Origin: Leptospiraceae bacterium
GTDB lineage: Bacteria > Spirochaetota > Leptospiria > Leptospirales > Leptonemataceae
Direction of reading: 5' to 3'
DNA length: 64,000 nucleotides
Assembly: GCA_040217195.1 (NCBI GenBank)
Contig: JAVJNR010000006.1
Span: 186,193 to 250,192 of the forward strand
The translations under genes and the position numbers were made by a program. Below are positions 36,490 through 47,229 of this stretch, piece by piece (position 1 is the stretch's first letter; every line of letters begins with the position of its first letter). Under the pieces are notes generated by a model that had not been told where the DNA came from, did no database searches, and worked only from the letters and a program-made list of their open reading frames with translations.

Positions 36490-38064
36490 ATGAGCAGCCA
36501 ATTCTCCATATTAGACGATCTGAGTACAGGCGTTCAGATTATAGATCCTGAAATGCGTTACGTTTTTCTCAATCAAGAATTGCTTTCGCAGGTCAAGATG
36601 TCTGCTGAACAGATGGTTTCTCTGAGAATGGAAGAGGTTTATCCTGGCATTCAGGATAGCGAAATCTACCGGGTTATTCAATCCGTCATTGAATCAGGCG
36701 AAGCTAGATCTCTAATTAATGAATTTGTCTTTCCGGATGGTCGAATGAACTATTACCGGCTGGAAGTACAGAAGATACCACAGGGCGCCATCGTTTTTTC
36801 CTGGGATGTAACAAGCGAAAAGGAAACGGAGGCGTTGCTAGGGAATGCAGCTTTGCGCTGGAAAGAGGAAGCGTCGAAGCATCAGGAAACCTTACGGAAA
36901 ATCCTGGACGCCTCGCTCGATGGAGTACAGTATTTTCGCTCAATTAGAGATGATTCCGGAAAGATCGTCGATTTCGAATATGTAATTTCAAATCGAGTCG
37001 CCTGTGAAATTATCGGCAGGGCAGAAAGTGAAGTGCTCGGTAAGCGACTTCTAGAATTGATTCCTGGTCACCTGGATATTGTCAAAGAGTATGGACGATC
37101 CTTATTTGATTTATACTGCGAAGTGGTGGAGACAGGCGAAAACAAGTCTCTTTTGTTTCATTTTGAAGCGAATGGAATCGATGGATGGTTCTCCAATAAA
37201 TCGGTTAAGCTGGGCGATGGATTCGTAGTTAATTTTTCGGTAGTAACCGAACTTGTTAATAAGACCACTGAGCTGGAAAGGCTGAACAACTCGTTGCAGG
37301 AGGAAGTCCGAAAAGAGATTGAAAAGAATCGAAGGAAAGATGAAACTTTGATTCGGCAATCCAAGCTTGCAGCTATGGGAGATATGCTCTCCGCCATAGC
37401 TCATCAATGGAGACAGCCTCTGCATGCAGTACTACTGGGCATAGAGCTTTCGCGGGAGATTGTAGAGAAAAGCTGGCAGTCAATTCCGGACGGGGATAAG
37501 TCTGAGCTTGAGGAAATCTATGCTATTATCGAAGATCGTATAAAGTATTTATCCGATACGATAGAGGATTTCAGAGATTTCTATGGTCCATCCCAGAAGG
37601 TAGAGGATTTCTCTCTGGAGGAGGCCCTGGAGGCCTCATTAAGGTTCTTCGAAGGACAGCTCAGAAGCCGTGGCATCATTTGCACTTTGGACGGAGACCT
37701 GGAAGGCTGTACACTGCATGGAAATGCAAATCAATTTCGTCAGGTCTTGCTGAGCCTAATAGGCAATTCAATAGATGCGTTCAGCAAAAAGATAATAACC
37801 GATCAGTGGATTCGCATAACAGCCAAGAAAGAAGGATCTGCGGGCCTGGTTCTCAGTCTGGAAGATAATGCAGGCGGAATCAAAGCAGAGGTGCTACCCA
37901 GAGTGTTTGAACCTTATTTTACTACAAAAGGCCCATCGGGGGGCACGGGTATAGGCTTGTACATCGCCAGGTTAATCATGGAGAAAAGCTTTCAGGGCCA
38001 AATCGAAGCAGTGCCCACCGAATCCGGCATTCGTTTTATTATGAGGTTTCCCTTACATGGCTGA
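36490..38064 (+). CDS. PAS-domain sensor histidine kinase
   Basis: Two PAS domains; AMGDMLSAIAHQWRQPL H-box; DNAGGI, FEPYFTTK, GTGIGL. Confidence 0.92.
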   Translation: MSSQFSILDDLSTGVQIIDPEMRYVFLNQELLSQVKMSAEQMVSLRMEEVYPGIQDSEIYRVIQSVIESGEARSLINEFVFPDGRMNYYRLEVQKIPQGAIVFSWDVTSEKETEALLGNAALRWKEEASKHQETLRKILDASLDGVQYFRSIRDDSGKIVDFEYVISNRVACEIIGRAESEVLGKRLLELIPGHLDIVKEYGRSLFDLYCEVVETGENKSLLFHFEANGIDGWFSNKSVKLGDGFVVNFSVVTELVNKTTELERLNNSLQEEVRKEIEKNRRKDETLIRQSKLAAMGDMLSAIAHQWRQPLHAVLLGIELSREIVEKSWQSIPDGDKSELEEIYAIIEDRIKYLSDTIEDFRDFYGPSQKVEDFSLEEALEASLRFFEGQLRSRGIICTLDGDLEGCTLHGNANQFRQVLLSLIGNSIDAFSKKIITDQWIRITAKKEGSAGLVLSLEDNAGGIKAEVLPRVFEPYFTTKGPSGGTGIGLYIARLIMEKSFQGQIEAVPTESGIRFIMRFPLHG

Positions 38065-38437
38065 GGACCTTGAAAAAGCTATCCTTGTGGTGGATGATGA
38101 GAGGGATGTGCTACTTCTGTTTCATATGCTACTAAAGCGAAAGTTTCAGACCTGTCATGTGGCGGTGAACGGGAATGAGGCGCTGGAGATTATTCGGCAG
38201 GGACACCACATAGATTGTGTGATCACTGATATATCCATGCCCGATATGGATGGATTTCAACTTAAAGCGCAGCTGGATGTGTTATTGCCTGAAGTGCCGG
38301 TTATCGGTGTAACCGGTCATTCAGACGAAGAGTTTCGGGAAAAAATGTATGCAGCCGGATTTAAGCATATTGTTGTCAAACCAGTAGATCGCAATAAACT
38401 TCATCAAATTCTGGATATTGTGGCCCGCAGCAACTAG
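38057..38437 (+). CDS. Single-domain response regulator
   Basis: VVDDE, ITDISMPDMDG, VVKP; overlaps the kinase stop. Confidence 0.92.
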   Translation: MAEDLEKAILVVDDERDVLLLFHMLLKRKFQTCHVAVNGNEALEIIRQGHHIDCVITDISMPDMDGFQLKAQLDVLLPEVPVIGVTGHSDEEFREKMYAAGFKHIVVKPVDRNKLHQILDIVARSN

Positions 38438-38447
38438 TAGATTCCCT

Positions 38448-38978
38448 TCAAGCTTTCTTTTGCCTCATTCTTTCGTTGAAGTCTTTAGTCCCTCCCGGAG
38501 GAATTGTTAGCCAGGTCCATTCACCTTCCTTGATAAGGCGGCAGAGATAGACGATCTGACCTATATGATACGAAGTATGCGAAAGAGATCTTTGAATTGC
38601 TAGAGGAACGGAATGAGGTTCTGATCGAATATACACTGTTTTGTTCAAGTCTTCTGCATTAAGGCTTTCAATGCTATTTCTGAATGTATCCCATCCCCTG
38701 GCCCAGATCTCCATGATTGCCGGCCTATCCTCAGCGGCATCGATCTCAAACTCACCATCGCGGTTGCGATCTTCTTTCTCTCCGTCCGACGTGAGAAAAT
38801 CGGTCCATCGCGAAATTAGATTACCGCCCACATGCTTCACATTCACTGCAATGGACTGGGAACGGGGCCCGGGCACTTGAAAGAAGTCCTTATCCGATAT
38901 CTGCTGCAGTGCTTTTTCGCAAAGCCCTCTACCCTGGGTGATTGTCTGTATAGTAGCATGTATAAAAAGATCTTCCAC
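38448..38978 (-). CDS. DUF1572 / DinB-like protein; probable start GTG 38978
   Basis: SIAVNVKHVGGNLISRWTDFLTSDGEK..RNRDGEF and H..YHIGQI; RBS aggag before GTG. Confidence 0.85.
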   Translation of the reverse strand: MEDLFIHATIQTITQGRGLCEKALQQISDKDFFQVPGPRSQSIAVNVKHVGGNLISRWTDFLTSDGEKEDRNRDGEFEIDAAEDRPAIMEIWARGWDTFRNSIESLNAEDLNKTVYIRSEPHSVPLAIQRSLSHTSYHIGQIVYLCRLIKEGEWTWLTIPPGGTKDFNERMRQKKA

Positions 38979-39314
38979 TCGCAAGCTCCTGTTTCCGTGT
39001 GCGCCGGTGTGAACCAGAGTTCCGCCCACTTCTGATGCGGAAATATTAGTCCGGAATAGAAGGGGGCAGTATGGCCGCACTCCTGATGCAAGCTCACCCG
39101 AAAGTCTGGTAATTTAGCAACTCCATTGGTAACTAAGGCAAGGTATTTTTGCATTCCAGGAATTCAGATTCTAGATGAGCTTATCTTTTTGTGTTCTATC
39201 GTTTCGTGAAACTATCTTCATACACCATAATCAGTATATGAGATTTTTTTCCAAACCAGGTTTACACTGAGACGGTGGATAATACCTTGTTGGGCAAATT
39301 AATAGGAGACCTAT

Positions 39315-39716
39315 ATGAAAGCAAAGCGAACACTCTCGATTCTTCTGGTAGCGCTTATGACTCTCTGGTTACCGCATTGCGATGCAATCACCGGCGGCGA
39401 AGACGATGACGATCAAGAACTCTTGATTCTGGCCTTCCTGGGCTTAAACAAGGTTACGATTAACCTGACAAATAATAATACCACCGGCTCCTTTACTCTC
39501 TGGACTGCGTCGAACGATGGAACTACATGTGTTACTCAGGCAGCAGATTTTGGAAGCATCGCCAACGGAGCCACAGGAACCGTTACCATTGCACCAATTT
39601 CCGGCGGATATCTGTTTAAGGATCCCAGCAACAATTGCCAGGCAGTCAATCCAATAGGGACTTCTGCCAGTGTGGCAAACTGCACCTGGGATGGGGCAGT
39701 GATCACCTGCAGCTAA
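39315..39716 (+). CDS. Small secreted lipoprotein with a Cys-containing, beta-rich mature domain
   Basis: Signal ending LPHC, acidic DDDD linker, T/N/G-rich body with four further Cys; RBS aggag. Confidence 0.75.
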   Translation: MKAKRTLSILLVALMTLWLPHCDAITGGEDDDDQELLILAFLGLNKVTINLTNNNTTGSFTLWTASNDGTTCVTQAADFGSIANGATGTVTIAPISGGYLFKDPSNNCQAVNPIGTSASVANCTWDGAVITCS

Positions 39717-40006
39717 CTCGGCAACGAGTTGGCCGGTGCTCCTAACCGGAGCAGACGGAGAACAAAGGGCGGCCCTGGCTGGGATATTTTGCAGCCGGGA
39801 CCACTCCCCGAAGCCAGGCATGGGACCGGGTCTGCCTGAATTACATATAATGCCTGGCCCCGGTTTTACATTTCTTGCCTGTACAGTAGGCCCACCTTGC
39901 TAACCGGGCTTGCCAGTGTCGCAGGTGCCTTTCCATGCCCGGCAAATCCTTCGGCGAAATCAGAGTCGAAGATTTGAATAGAATAGGAAAAAAATTCCCC
40001 TCACCG

Positions 40007-40036
40007 GGAACCAATTCATCTCCTTGTGGGTTCTCT
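40007..40036 (+). promoter_or_regulatory. Putative ECF sigma promoter of the Spy-ECF operon
   Basis: GGAACC at 40007-40012, then GTT/TCT about 17 nt downstream. Confidence 0.45.
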
Positions 40037-40081
40037 ATTCATAGCGGCCAGAAACGGCTGATTCGGAAATAGGAGAATTCC

Positions 40082-40534
40082 ATGAACAACACTCTAAGAA
40101 CCCTGGGCGCCTCCGGCGCATTGCTACTCTTCCTGACAACAGGAGCTTTATCTGCAAAGCCGGATCGATCCGGGCCAAGAATGGATCCAGAAAAACGTCT
40201 GGAATATATGAAAAAGAACCTGGATTTGAGCGCTGAGCAGACAGAAAAGATCCGTGCCATCATGGCCAAATATGATCCAAAGCGCGAAGCACTGTTCAAT
40301 AAATTGCAGCCGCTTCGAAAGGAACTTTTTGAGCTAATGAGCCAGGAGTCTCCTGATCGAAATGCGGTTAAGTCTAAAATGCAAGAAATGAGCGACATCA
40401 AGATAGAACTGCGCTTGCTTATGCTGGATGGCCGTACTGAGACATTTCAAGTGCTGAATGCAGAACAGAAAGCGAAATGGAAAGAACAGATGAAGAAGTT
40501 CGCAAAGAAGAGAGGGAATCGGGATCGTGACTGA
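40082..40534 (+). CDS. Spy/CpxP family periplasmic chaperone
   Basis: Signal peptide; LDLSAEQ and VLNAEQKAK (LTxxQ) motifs. Confidence 0.85.
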   Translation: MNNTLRTLGASGALLLFLTTGALSAKPDRSGPRMDPEKRLEYMKKNLDLSAEQTEKIRAIMAKYDPKREALFNKLQPLRKELFELMSQESPDRNAVKSKMQEMSDIKIELRLLMLDGRTETFQVLNAEQKAKWKEQMKKFAKKRGNRDRD

Positions 40535-41093
40535 AACCGAATTTCGTAAGATAATAACCAGCACCAAGAAAGCAGTGCTGGGTGCCATCCGGGCTCATTT
40601 GAGTCCGGAACTGGTGCATTCAATTGATGATGTTTCCCAGGAAGCATACATGCGAATTTATGGAGCCCTTTCTTCCGGGAAAGGTCCGGATGCAGTGGAT
40701 GAGAAAGCACTATGTAGCTGGGCCTATGTCATAGCTCGCAATGAATGCTATCGGTTGCAGAAAAAAGAGATTCAAAGCAAGAGAAACATTGATGCAGCCA
40801 GCGACCTTCTGATTCTGCAACAATGGACTCAGAATGAAAATGAAAATCGAACATTGGATCTGGAAGAACTGGAAGATATGATCTCCAATCTGGAAAAGCC
40901 ATTTGAAGAAACCTTGAGCCTTCTGATCCAGGGATACAGTATCTCAGAGATTTCTGAGCAACTGGAGATCCCGGAAGGAACGGTGAAGTCCAGAGTCTAT
41001 AGAGCCAGAGAAAAGATTCGCAATACTATGGATACAGGGGCATTGAAAGAAGCCCGGGACGCAAAGAACCTGGATGGGATGGTGCAACTATGA
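40527..41093 (+). CDS. ECF RNA polymerase sigma-70 factor
   Basis: DDVSQEAY, SWAYVIARN, YSISEISEQLEIPEGTVKSRVYRAR. Confidence 0.92.
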   Translation: MTETEFRKIITSTKKAVLGAIRAHLSPELVHSIDDVSQEAYMRIYGALSSGKGPDAVDEKALCSWAYVIARNECYRLQKKEIQSKRNIDAASDLLILQQWTQNENENRTLDLEELEDMISNLEKPFEETLSLLIQGYSISEISEQLEIPEGTVKSRVYRAREKIRNTMDTGALKEARDAKNLDGMVQL

Positions 41094-41371
41094 ACGAAAT
41101 GGAGAAAGCTATTGAACAAAGATTAAATGATGAGACCTGGGACAGGCGCATGGCTTCGCAGGTGTTGCGAAAAGCTCGACCAAGAAAGAACATGGCACTG
41201 GCGGCAGCAGCCCTGATGTTGCTTTCGTTGGGACTTGGATATGCAGCCTGGCAGCAGCAGGCCACGGAGGAACTGGACAGTTCGCAGGAAATGGTTCCAT
41301 ACGTGTTTTCCGATGAGCTGGTTTCCGATGGCGAAATGGAACTTATGGCCAGTGGCTATGTATTTGAATAG
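41090..41371 (+). CDS. Small single-TM protein, probable anti-sigma factor
   Basis: ATGA-coupled to the ECF gene; one TM segment; function inferred from context. Confidence 0.6.
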   Translation: MNEMEKAIEQRLNDETWDRRMASQVLRKARPRKNMALAAAALMLLSLGLGYAAWQQQATEELDSSQEMVPYVFSDELVSDGEMELMASGYVFE

Positions 41372-41409
41372 GAATTGACTTCTGTGACTTACGGATATCC
41401 AGATGGTTT

Positions 41410-41640
41410 ATGGCGGATCCTACAATTAAGCAGCCCGAGAACACCGAAGGAAAGTGGTACGTGGACCAGACCTGTGTACCCTGTCATTTGTGCATAGATG
41501 AGGCTCCGGATTTACTCAGCTATGCAGACGGGGAGACTCATGTATTCTTTTCCAAACAGCCTCAGAATGATTCAGAGGAAAGTCTGGCACGGGAAGCCAT
41601 GGAGGCCTGTCCAACCGAGGCCATCGGTAATGATGGCTAA
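41410..41640 (+). CDS. Single-cluster ferredoxin
   Basis: CVPCHLC...ACPTEAIG. Confidence 0.92.
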   Translation: MADPTIKQPENTEGKWYVDQTCVPCHLCIDEAPDLLSYADGETHVFFSKQPQNDSEESLAREAMEACPTEAIGNDG

Positions 41641-41774
41641 GAGTGCTGCTCGTCACTTTCTGAACACTTGAGAGCCGGGCTTCCGTTGAAACGATTTCCC
41701 GGACTGCACAATTCCAGCCCCGCCTGGCTTTGAATCTTTTCAATTTCTGGCCCCATTCAATAGAGGCCCCTTAT

Positions 41775-41805
41775 AAAAAAAGGCCGGCAAGAATGCCGGC
41801 CTTTT
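41775..41805. terminator. Bidirectional rho-independent terminator
   Basis: A-tract, aggccggca-agaa-tgccggcct stem, T-tract, between convergent genes. Confidence 0.85.
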
Positions 41806-41832
41806 GCAGGTTAAAACCAAACAGGTTTCTTT

Positions 41833-42183
41833 TCAATAGTCGTCGTTGTAGTTGCGCCGACCACCGCCGCGTGGGCCTCCGCGGCCTCCTCCCGATCTTC
41901 CGCCACCGCCGCCGGAACGATCAAACTTTGGCCTATCCTCTTTTGGCTTCGCTTCATTGATGCGTAATGCTCTACCATCGATTTCATGACCATTTAGCGC
42001 TGAAATGGCAGCCATTGCCTGGCTTTCCTCTGGCATCACAACAAATCCGAATCCTCTGGACCGGCCCGTTTCACGATCCATCATGATCGTGGCTTTTTCC
42101 ACATCTCCATGCTCAGCAAATAGAGCTTGAAGATCCTGTTCTTTCAAACTGTACGGGAGGTTACCCGCATAGATATTCATCAT
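41833..42183 (-). CDS. RRM-domain RNA-binding protein with Gly/Arg-rich tail
   Basis: RNP2 IYAGNL and RNP1 RGFGFV. Confidence 0.95.
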   Translation of the reverse strand: MMNIYAGNLPYSLKEQDLQALFAEHGDVEKATIMMDRETGRSRGFGFVVMPEESQAMAAISALNGHEIDGRALRINEAKPKEDRPKFDRSGGGGGRSGGGRGGPRGGGRRNYNDDY

Positions 42184-42347
42184 ACTTAACCCAAACAAAA
42201 TTTCCAGGACCTAGCATGTTGAGGGCAACGAATCGCCGGTACCCCCGCTCAGTCCGGGATGCAAGTTTTCTCGGCGAAGCGGAGAAAAGGTCAACACTTA
42301 AATTTATGTCATGGAATTTTTGGGAAGCAGCCCGGCGGGCCCGGGCC

Positions 42348-44045
42348 TCACTTCTTTTGCGAACGGTGCTTCATTATGTCGGAAAACTGAACCATATCCC
42401 TCTGACTCTTCCCTGCAGCGATCATAGGGAAGACTTTTTCGTCTGCCGGGATTACCGCTTCCAGTAAGGCTGGTCCATCATCATGAAATAGGAAATCCAG
42501 TCCCTTTTCTACTTCGGAAGGGTGGGAGATTTGCATACCTGGAATATGGTAGGCTTCTGCCAGTTTCACAAAATCTGGATTGTACTGCCATTCTGATTCT
42601 GCGAATCGCTCTTCGTAAAATAGCTCCTGCCACTGGCGTACCATGCCCAGGAAGTTATTGTTTAATAATAAGATTTTAACTCCCAGATTATACTGCCGGA
42701 TGGTTGCCAGTTCCTGGATGCACATTTGATAGGAACCATCGCCGGTGACACAAATCACCAGATCATCTGGATTGGCGAATTTGGCACCGATGGCTGCCGG
42801 TAATCCGTAGCCCATGGTACCCAGCCCACCGGAAGTTAACCAACGATTTGGACGGTCAAAGTGATAGTACTGGGCAGCCCACATCTGATGCTGTCCCACA
42901 TCTGTGGATACAATTGCTTTTCCTTCCGTCTTTTTATACATGAGACTTAGAACACGCTGAGGCTTTATGTGCTCCTGACTCTCTTCATACTCCAGAGGAA
43001 ACTTCTGTTTGTATCCATCCAGATGGTTTACCCATTCGGAGCGATCTTTGCCTTCTACGAAAGGAAGCAAGGCGCGAAGCACTTCTTTTAGATCTCCATG
43101 CAGCATATGATCGACGGTGACTCTTTTATTGAACTCCGCTGAATCTATATCCACATGCGCTCGCACCGCATCGGCGGCGAAGTCCCCGGGCAACCCGGCC
43201 ACTCGGTCGTCAAACCGGGCTCCCAGAGAAAGAATATAGTCGCATTCAAGTATGGCTTTGTTTGCAGCAGCCGTTCCATGCATCCCTGGCATACCCACAG
43301 AAAGTATATGACTTCCAGGAAATGCACCCAGACCCATTAAAGTGCAGGTAACCGGGCTCATGGATTTTTCTGCCAGATCCAGAATCTCTTCTGCTGCGCG
43401 TGCATTGATGGCTCCACCGCCTACATAAAGCAGTGGCCTCTCCGCTTTGTTCAGAGCTTCAGCAAAAGCCTTAAAATCACCGGATAGCTCAGGCTGTCTG
43501 GAAAATCGAGGGCTCAATCCGCTTTCCCCTTGAAGTCTGTCTGTAAGGCCGGTCTGAACGTCTTTAGGAAAATCCAGAAGAACTGGTCCGGGGCGACCTT
43601 TGGTTACCATGGTCCAGGCCTCTTCGAATACGTCTGCTATCTCATCCGGAGAATTGATCAATGCATTGTACTTTGTAATCGGGATGGATATCCCAAACAT
43701 ATCCGCTTCCTGAAAAGCGTCTGAGCCGATGGCTGTAGTAGGGACCTGACCGGAAAGTACGAACAACGGAATGGAGTCCAGCTTGGCATCCGTTAGACCT
43801 GTCACTACATTGGTGGCACCAGGACCGGAGGTAACGATTACGACACCGGGCTTACCAGTGGACCTGGCATAGCCTTCAGCCATATGGATGGCTCCCTGTT
43901 CGTGTCGAACCAGAATGTGGCGAATTTTAGAATGATAAAGTTCGTCGTAGAAAGGAAGGATGGCACCTCCGGGATAGCCAAAGACCAGATCCACACCTCT
44001 GGACTCCAGAAGCTCTACGAGTAACCTGGCACCTGTCTTGCTCAT
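42348..44045 (-). CDS. ilvB: Acetolactate synthase large subunit
   Basis: [31 protein letters not shown] motif GDGS...NN, GMVRQWQ. Confidence 0.96.
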   Translation of the reverse strand: MSKTGARLLVELLESRGVDLVFGYPGGAILPFYDELYHSKIRHILVRHEQGAIHMAEGYARSTGKPGVVIVTSGPGATNVVTGLTDAKLDSIPLFVLSGQVPTTAIGSDAFQEADMFGISIPITKYNALINSPDEIADVFEEAWTMVTKGRPGPVLLDFPKDVQTGLTDRLQGESGLSPRFSRQPELSGDFKAFAEALNKAERPLLYVGGGAINARAAEEILDLAEKSMSPVTCTLMGLGAFPGSHILSVGMPGMHGTAAANKAILECDYILSLGARFDDRVAGLPGDFAADAVRAHVDIDSAEFNKRVTVDHMLHGDLKEVLRALLPFVEGKDRSEWVNHLDGYKQKFPLEYEESQEHIKPQRVLSLMYKKTEGKAIVSTDVGQHQMWAAQYYHFDRPNRWLTSGGLGTMGYGLPAAIGAKFANPDDLVICVTGDGSYQMCIQELATIRQYNLGVKILLLNNNFLGMVRQWQELFYEERFAESEWQYNPDFVKLAEAYHIPGMQISHPSEVEKGLDFLFHDDGPALLEAVIPADEKVFPMIAAGKSQRDMVQFSDIMKHRSQKK

Positions 44046-44152
44046 CTTCTTCCTCCGAAGGCGCGGAATTTACCGCATGCCTTTCTGGACAAAGAAATGA
44101 AAGTCAGGATAGACTGCAAAAAAAAACTCTGTTTAAGGCGCGTTTTTCGGGG

Positions 44153-45217
44153 ATGGAAATCAAAGATTTAAAACAATTCTATCAGCAGCTTTCGAAGCTG
44201 GATCCACAGAATCCTCCAGTAGTACTTGTATCCGGTTCGGATGAGTCCATTTTCGATTCTGTAATTGAAAAACTGGAGAGCAAAATGGCCCCTCTGGAGG
44301 CTGTTGTAACCACTTTCAGTGGTGAACCCGGGGATGGGGAGAGATTCCTGGAAGAGCTATTCAATATACCATTATTCAGTCCTTACAGAATCATTGTGTT
44401 TCGGCATGCAGACCAGACCCTACCTGCAATGCTTGCAAAAGAGTCCAAACGAGACTCCTACCAGACTGACCTCTCTGCAAGGCCGGAGGCCACTTTGCTT
44501 GTACTTCAATACGAAGGTACACCTGGAAAGGGCTTTTTAAAGTCTCTGGGTTCGCAAGTCCTCCATTATGTCTCAAGAGATATTTTCGCAGAAAAACTGG
44601 AGCAGACAATTGAACAAATGGCTCATGCTGTGGGTCTCATACTTACGGAAGAAGCATTGCATGAAATCAAGGATCGAACACCACCTCGCACCGGAGCCCT
44701 GCAGAGTGCATTGCAAAGGCTCAAAGATCTAATTCCTCCGGAAAAGCGAAAGTCTGTATCTCTGGAGGATGTGCGAGATGTACTTTTTCCCCGGGTAGGA
44801 TGGAACCTGTTTCGAATCGTGGATAGTCTATTCGCCGGCGATGTGACTGCCTATCGCGCGGAGCTGCAAAGCTACAATGCATCCACGGATTCATTTCTTT
44901 CCCTTCTATCTCAGATTCTTCGCAGAGTGAATGAGCTCAGGCATTACAGGCTGGGTGCATCCATGAGTATGAAGCCTGCAGAGATGGCTAGCTTCCTTGG
45001 AATTCAGGGAAGGCATGAATTTGTTCAGAAGAAGATACTACAACAAAGAGATGTTGAGAAGAATCGATTCAGCCCGGAAAGGCTGGAAAGAATTTATGAC
45101 TTTCTGGTCGATGCAGGGGAAGCATTTCGAAGTAATGTAAGACCGGAGCATCATAAATCATATTTTGACTTTCAGGCCATGGAATTATTCTTCGGCCAGG
45201 AGGCGCGACGTCGCTAA
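44153..45217 (+). CDS. holA: DNA polymerase III delta subunit
   Basis: PVVLVSG, ELFNIPLFSPYRIIV, NLFRIVDSL; HolA-like size and layout. Confidence 0.75.
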   Translation: MEIKDLKQFYQQLSKLDPQNPPVVLVSGSDESIFDSVIEKLESKMAPLEAVVTTFSGEPGDGERFLEELFNIPLFSPYRIIVFRHADQTLPAMLAKESKRDSYQTDLSARPEATLLVLQYEGTPGKGFLKSLGSQVLHYVSRDIFAEKLEQTIEQMAHAVGLILTEEALHEIKDRTPPRTGALQSALQRLKDLIPPEKRKSVSLEDVRDVLFPRVGWNLFRIVDSLFAGDVTAYRAELQSYNASTDSFLSLLSQILRRVNELRHYRLGASMSMKPAEMASFLGIQGRHEFVQKKILQQRDVEKNRFSPERLERIYDFLVDAGEAFRSNVRPEHHKSYFDFQAMELFFGQEARRR

Positions 45218-45220
45218 CCT

Positions 45221-46480
45221 ATGACAGCAATCCATATACTTTCAACTGGAACAGAACTGGCCTCGGGTCGATCCAGGGATGGTAACGGACCATTTCTGTG
45301 CGAATTCTTTTCCGGTGCTGGACAAACCGTAGGTAGTATGACCATACTGCCGGACAATCCAGGTGCGCTTCTGGACTATCTTCGCCGGCTGGAGCAGCAA
45401 ACCGGCTCCCAGGAAATTACTCTGGTTGCCATGACAGGAGGCCTGGGACCCACGGAAGACGATCATACCGTGGATGTACTCTCGGAATTCTCGGGACATC
45501 CAACGGTGGAAGATCCGGGGGCCCTTCGAAAACTCCAATGGGTAGCAAAGAAGACATCTAGAGTAAAACTGGATTCAGCTCGCAGACAGGTTCGCGTTCT
45601 GGAAGGGCAGCAGGTTGTGGAAAATCGACGAGGCCTGGCTCCCGGTATCCTTCTTCAAAAGAAGTCATCGTCCGGCGGAACATTTCTGGTACTGGCTTTG
45701 CCCGGAGTACCATCTGAAATGCATCCCATGTTTGAGTCCGTGAGCGAAGAGCTCTTGAATCGATTGCCCTCCCGGGAAATGGAAAGGGAAGTAATCTATG
45801 TGTATGGAGAAGGGGAATCGTCCTTTCAATCCAGGGTAATTCAGCCCATACGAGACGATCTTTCGCCTGAATTTCAATGGGGCATTACCTCTGGTAGGGG
45901 ACATATCCGAGTATTCCTTGAATCACCTCAGAAGAGGGAGATTGCATTAATAGAGGATACAGTGGCCCAGTATTATAAAGGTCGCTCGTTCAGTAGACCG
46001 GTGGAGGAGCTCTTACATGACCATTGCATTGAAAAGGGATATATGCTGGCCACCGGAGAATCATGCACCGGTGGTCTGGTGGGCAAGATCCTGACGGATC
46101 GAGCGGGCAGCTCGGCCTTCTACTATGGTGGGGCAGTAGTCTATTCCAACGAAGCCAAAGTTAAGGTCCTGGGAGTTTCGCAGGAGATACTGGATAAATC
46201 CGGCGCTGTCAGTGAGCCTTGCGCCAGAGCTATGGCATCCGGTTTAAAAAATCGAACCGGTGTGGATTTTGCGCTTTCCATCACCGGTATTGCAGGTCCG
46301 GGCGGAGGTTCGGAAGAGAAGCCGGTGGGCACTGTTCTGGTAGGTCTGGCCGGTCCCTCTGGATCCGAAGTGCATCCACTATTCTTTCCTCTGGATAGGG
46401 AACGCATAAGAGACTATACAGCCATTATGTCCCTCTATCTACTCTATGATTTTATACTTCGCAACGAAATGCAAAGTTAA
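45221..46480 (+). CDS. cinA: CinA family protein (MoCF-like domain plus PncC NMN deamidase)
   Basis: GGLGPTEDD, LPGVPSEM, ATGESCTGG, GAVSE, SITGIAGPGGG..EKPVG. Confidence 0.93.
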   Translation: MTAIHILSTGTELASGRSRDGNGPFLCEFFSGAGQTVGSMTILPDNPGALLDYLRRLEQQTGSQEITLVAMTGGLGPTEDDHTVDVLSEFSGHPTVEDPGALRKLQWVAKKTSRVKLDSARRQVRVLEGQQVVENRRGLAPGILLQKKSSSGGTFLVLALPGVPSEMHPMFESVSEELLNRLPSREMEREVIYVYGEGESSFQSRVIQPIRDDLSPEFQWGITSGRGHIRVFLESPQKREIALIEDTVAQYYKGRSFSRPVEELLHDHCIEKGYMLATGESCTGGLVGKILTDRAGSSAFYYGGAVVYSNEAKVKVLGVSQEILDKSGAVSEPCARAMASGLKNRTGVDFALSITGIAGPGGGSEEKPVGTVLVGLAGPSGSEVHPLFFPLDRERIRDYTAIMSLYLLYDFILRNEMQS

Positions 46481-46599
46481 TCTGGTTTTTGAAACATGTG
46501 ACTGATTGAAAATCGGGAAATACCTGTGGTCTTTCGCAATGCCCCTGGTGCACTGCATCTGCAGCTGTGAATACCGATGGTGCAACTCTGGAAAGCTTA

Positions 46600-46628
46600 T
46601 TTACAAAAAGTGCGGCTCAATTCACAAT
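46600..46628 (+). promoter_or_regulatory. Sigma-70 promoter for a probably leaderless transcript
   Basis: TTTACA (46600-46605), 17 bp, CACAAT (46623-46628), ATG 6 nt later, no SD. Confidence 0.6.
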
Positions 46629-46634
46629 GAGCGT

Positions 46635-47204
46635 ATGGCATTAAAGTGGATTGATCTATTTGAAGGCTTGATGAAGGAAGTGATTCCGTTCGAGGAGAAT
46701 GGCTATATCATCAAGGCGGTGTTTGACCAGGAAGCAAGTAACTATGCCGTAATAGAACTTATAGCATTTAAGAATGTGAAGAATATGGCTATCGGTGATA
46801 AAGGCGTAACATTCTACTCGGATGGTTACAAGGTATTCGTTGCTTATGAGCCTGTGACCTATCGTTTCCGCTATCAGGAGCCCTATTTAAGAGATGGGAT
46901 TTATCAATTTCCGGTACGATTCAATGAAGTGGAAACCATTGAAATGCCCAAGCATGATAAGATCTTTATTTCGCAAAAACCCTATATGAGCCAAGGCTCT
47001 TTTAATGTAGATAAGCCCGGTGCAGGCGATTTGACCTATTATATCTACAACAACCAGAAGGTAGAAGAGCATATCTTTCAGTTCATCAATTCCATTCTTG
47101 TGGATGACTTGCGAATTACAAAGAGCGTTTTGCCCGAGGTAAATAGGCTACTAAAACAGAACCTGCAGTACTTCTATGAGGCGGAAAGGCCCCACGAAGA
47201 TTGA
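46635..47204 (+). CDS. Hypothetical cytoplasmic protein; probable start ATG 46635
   Basis: Protein-like composition from MALKWIDLF; promoter directly upstream. Confidence 0.7.
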   Translation: MALKWIDLFEGLMKEVIPFEENGYIIKAVFDQEASNYAVIELIAFKNVKNMAIGDKGVTFYSDGYKVFVAYEPVTYRFRYQEPYLRDGIYQFPVRFNEVETIEMPKHDKIFISQKPYMSQGSFNVDKPGAGDLTYYIYNNQKVEEHIFQFINSILVDDLRITKSVLPEVNRLLKQNLQYFYEAERPHED

Positions 47205-47229
47205 ACAAACCTGATGCCGCTGTGCCCTT

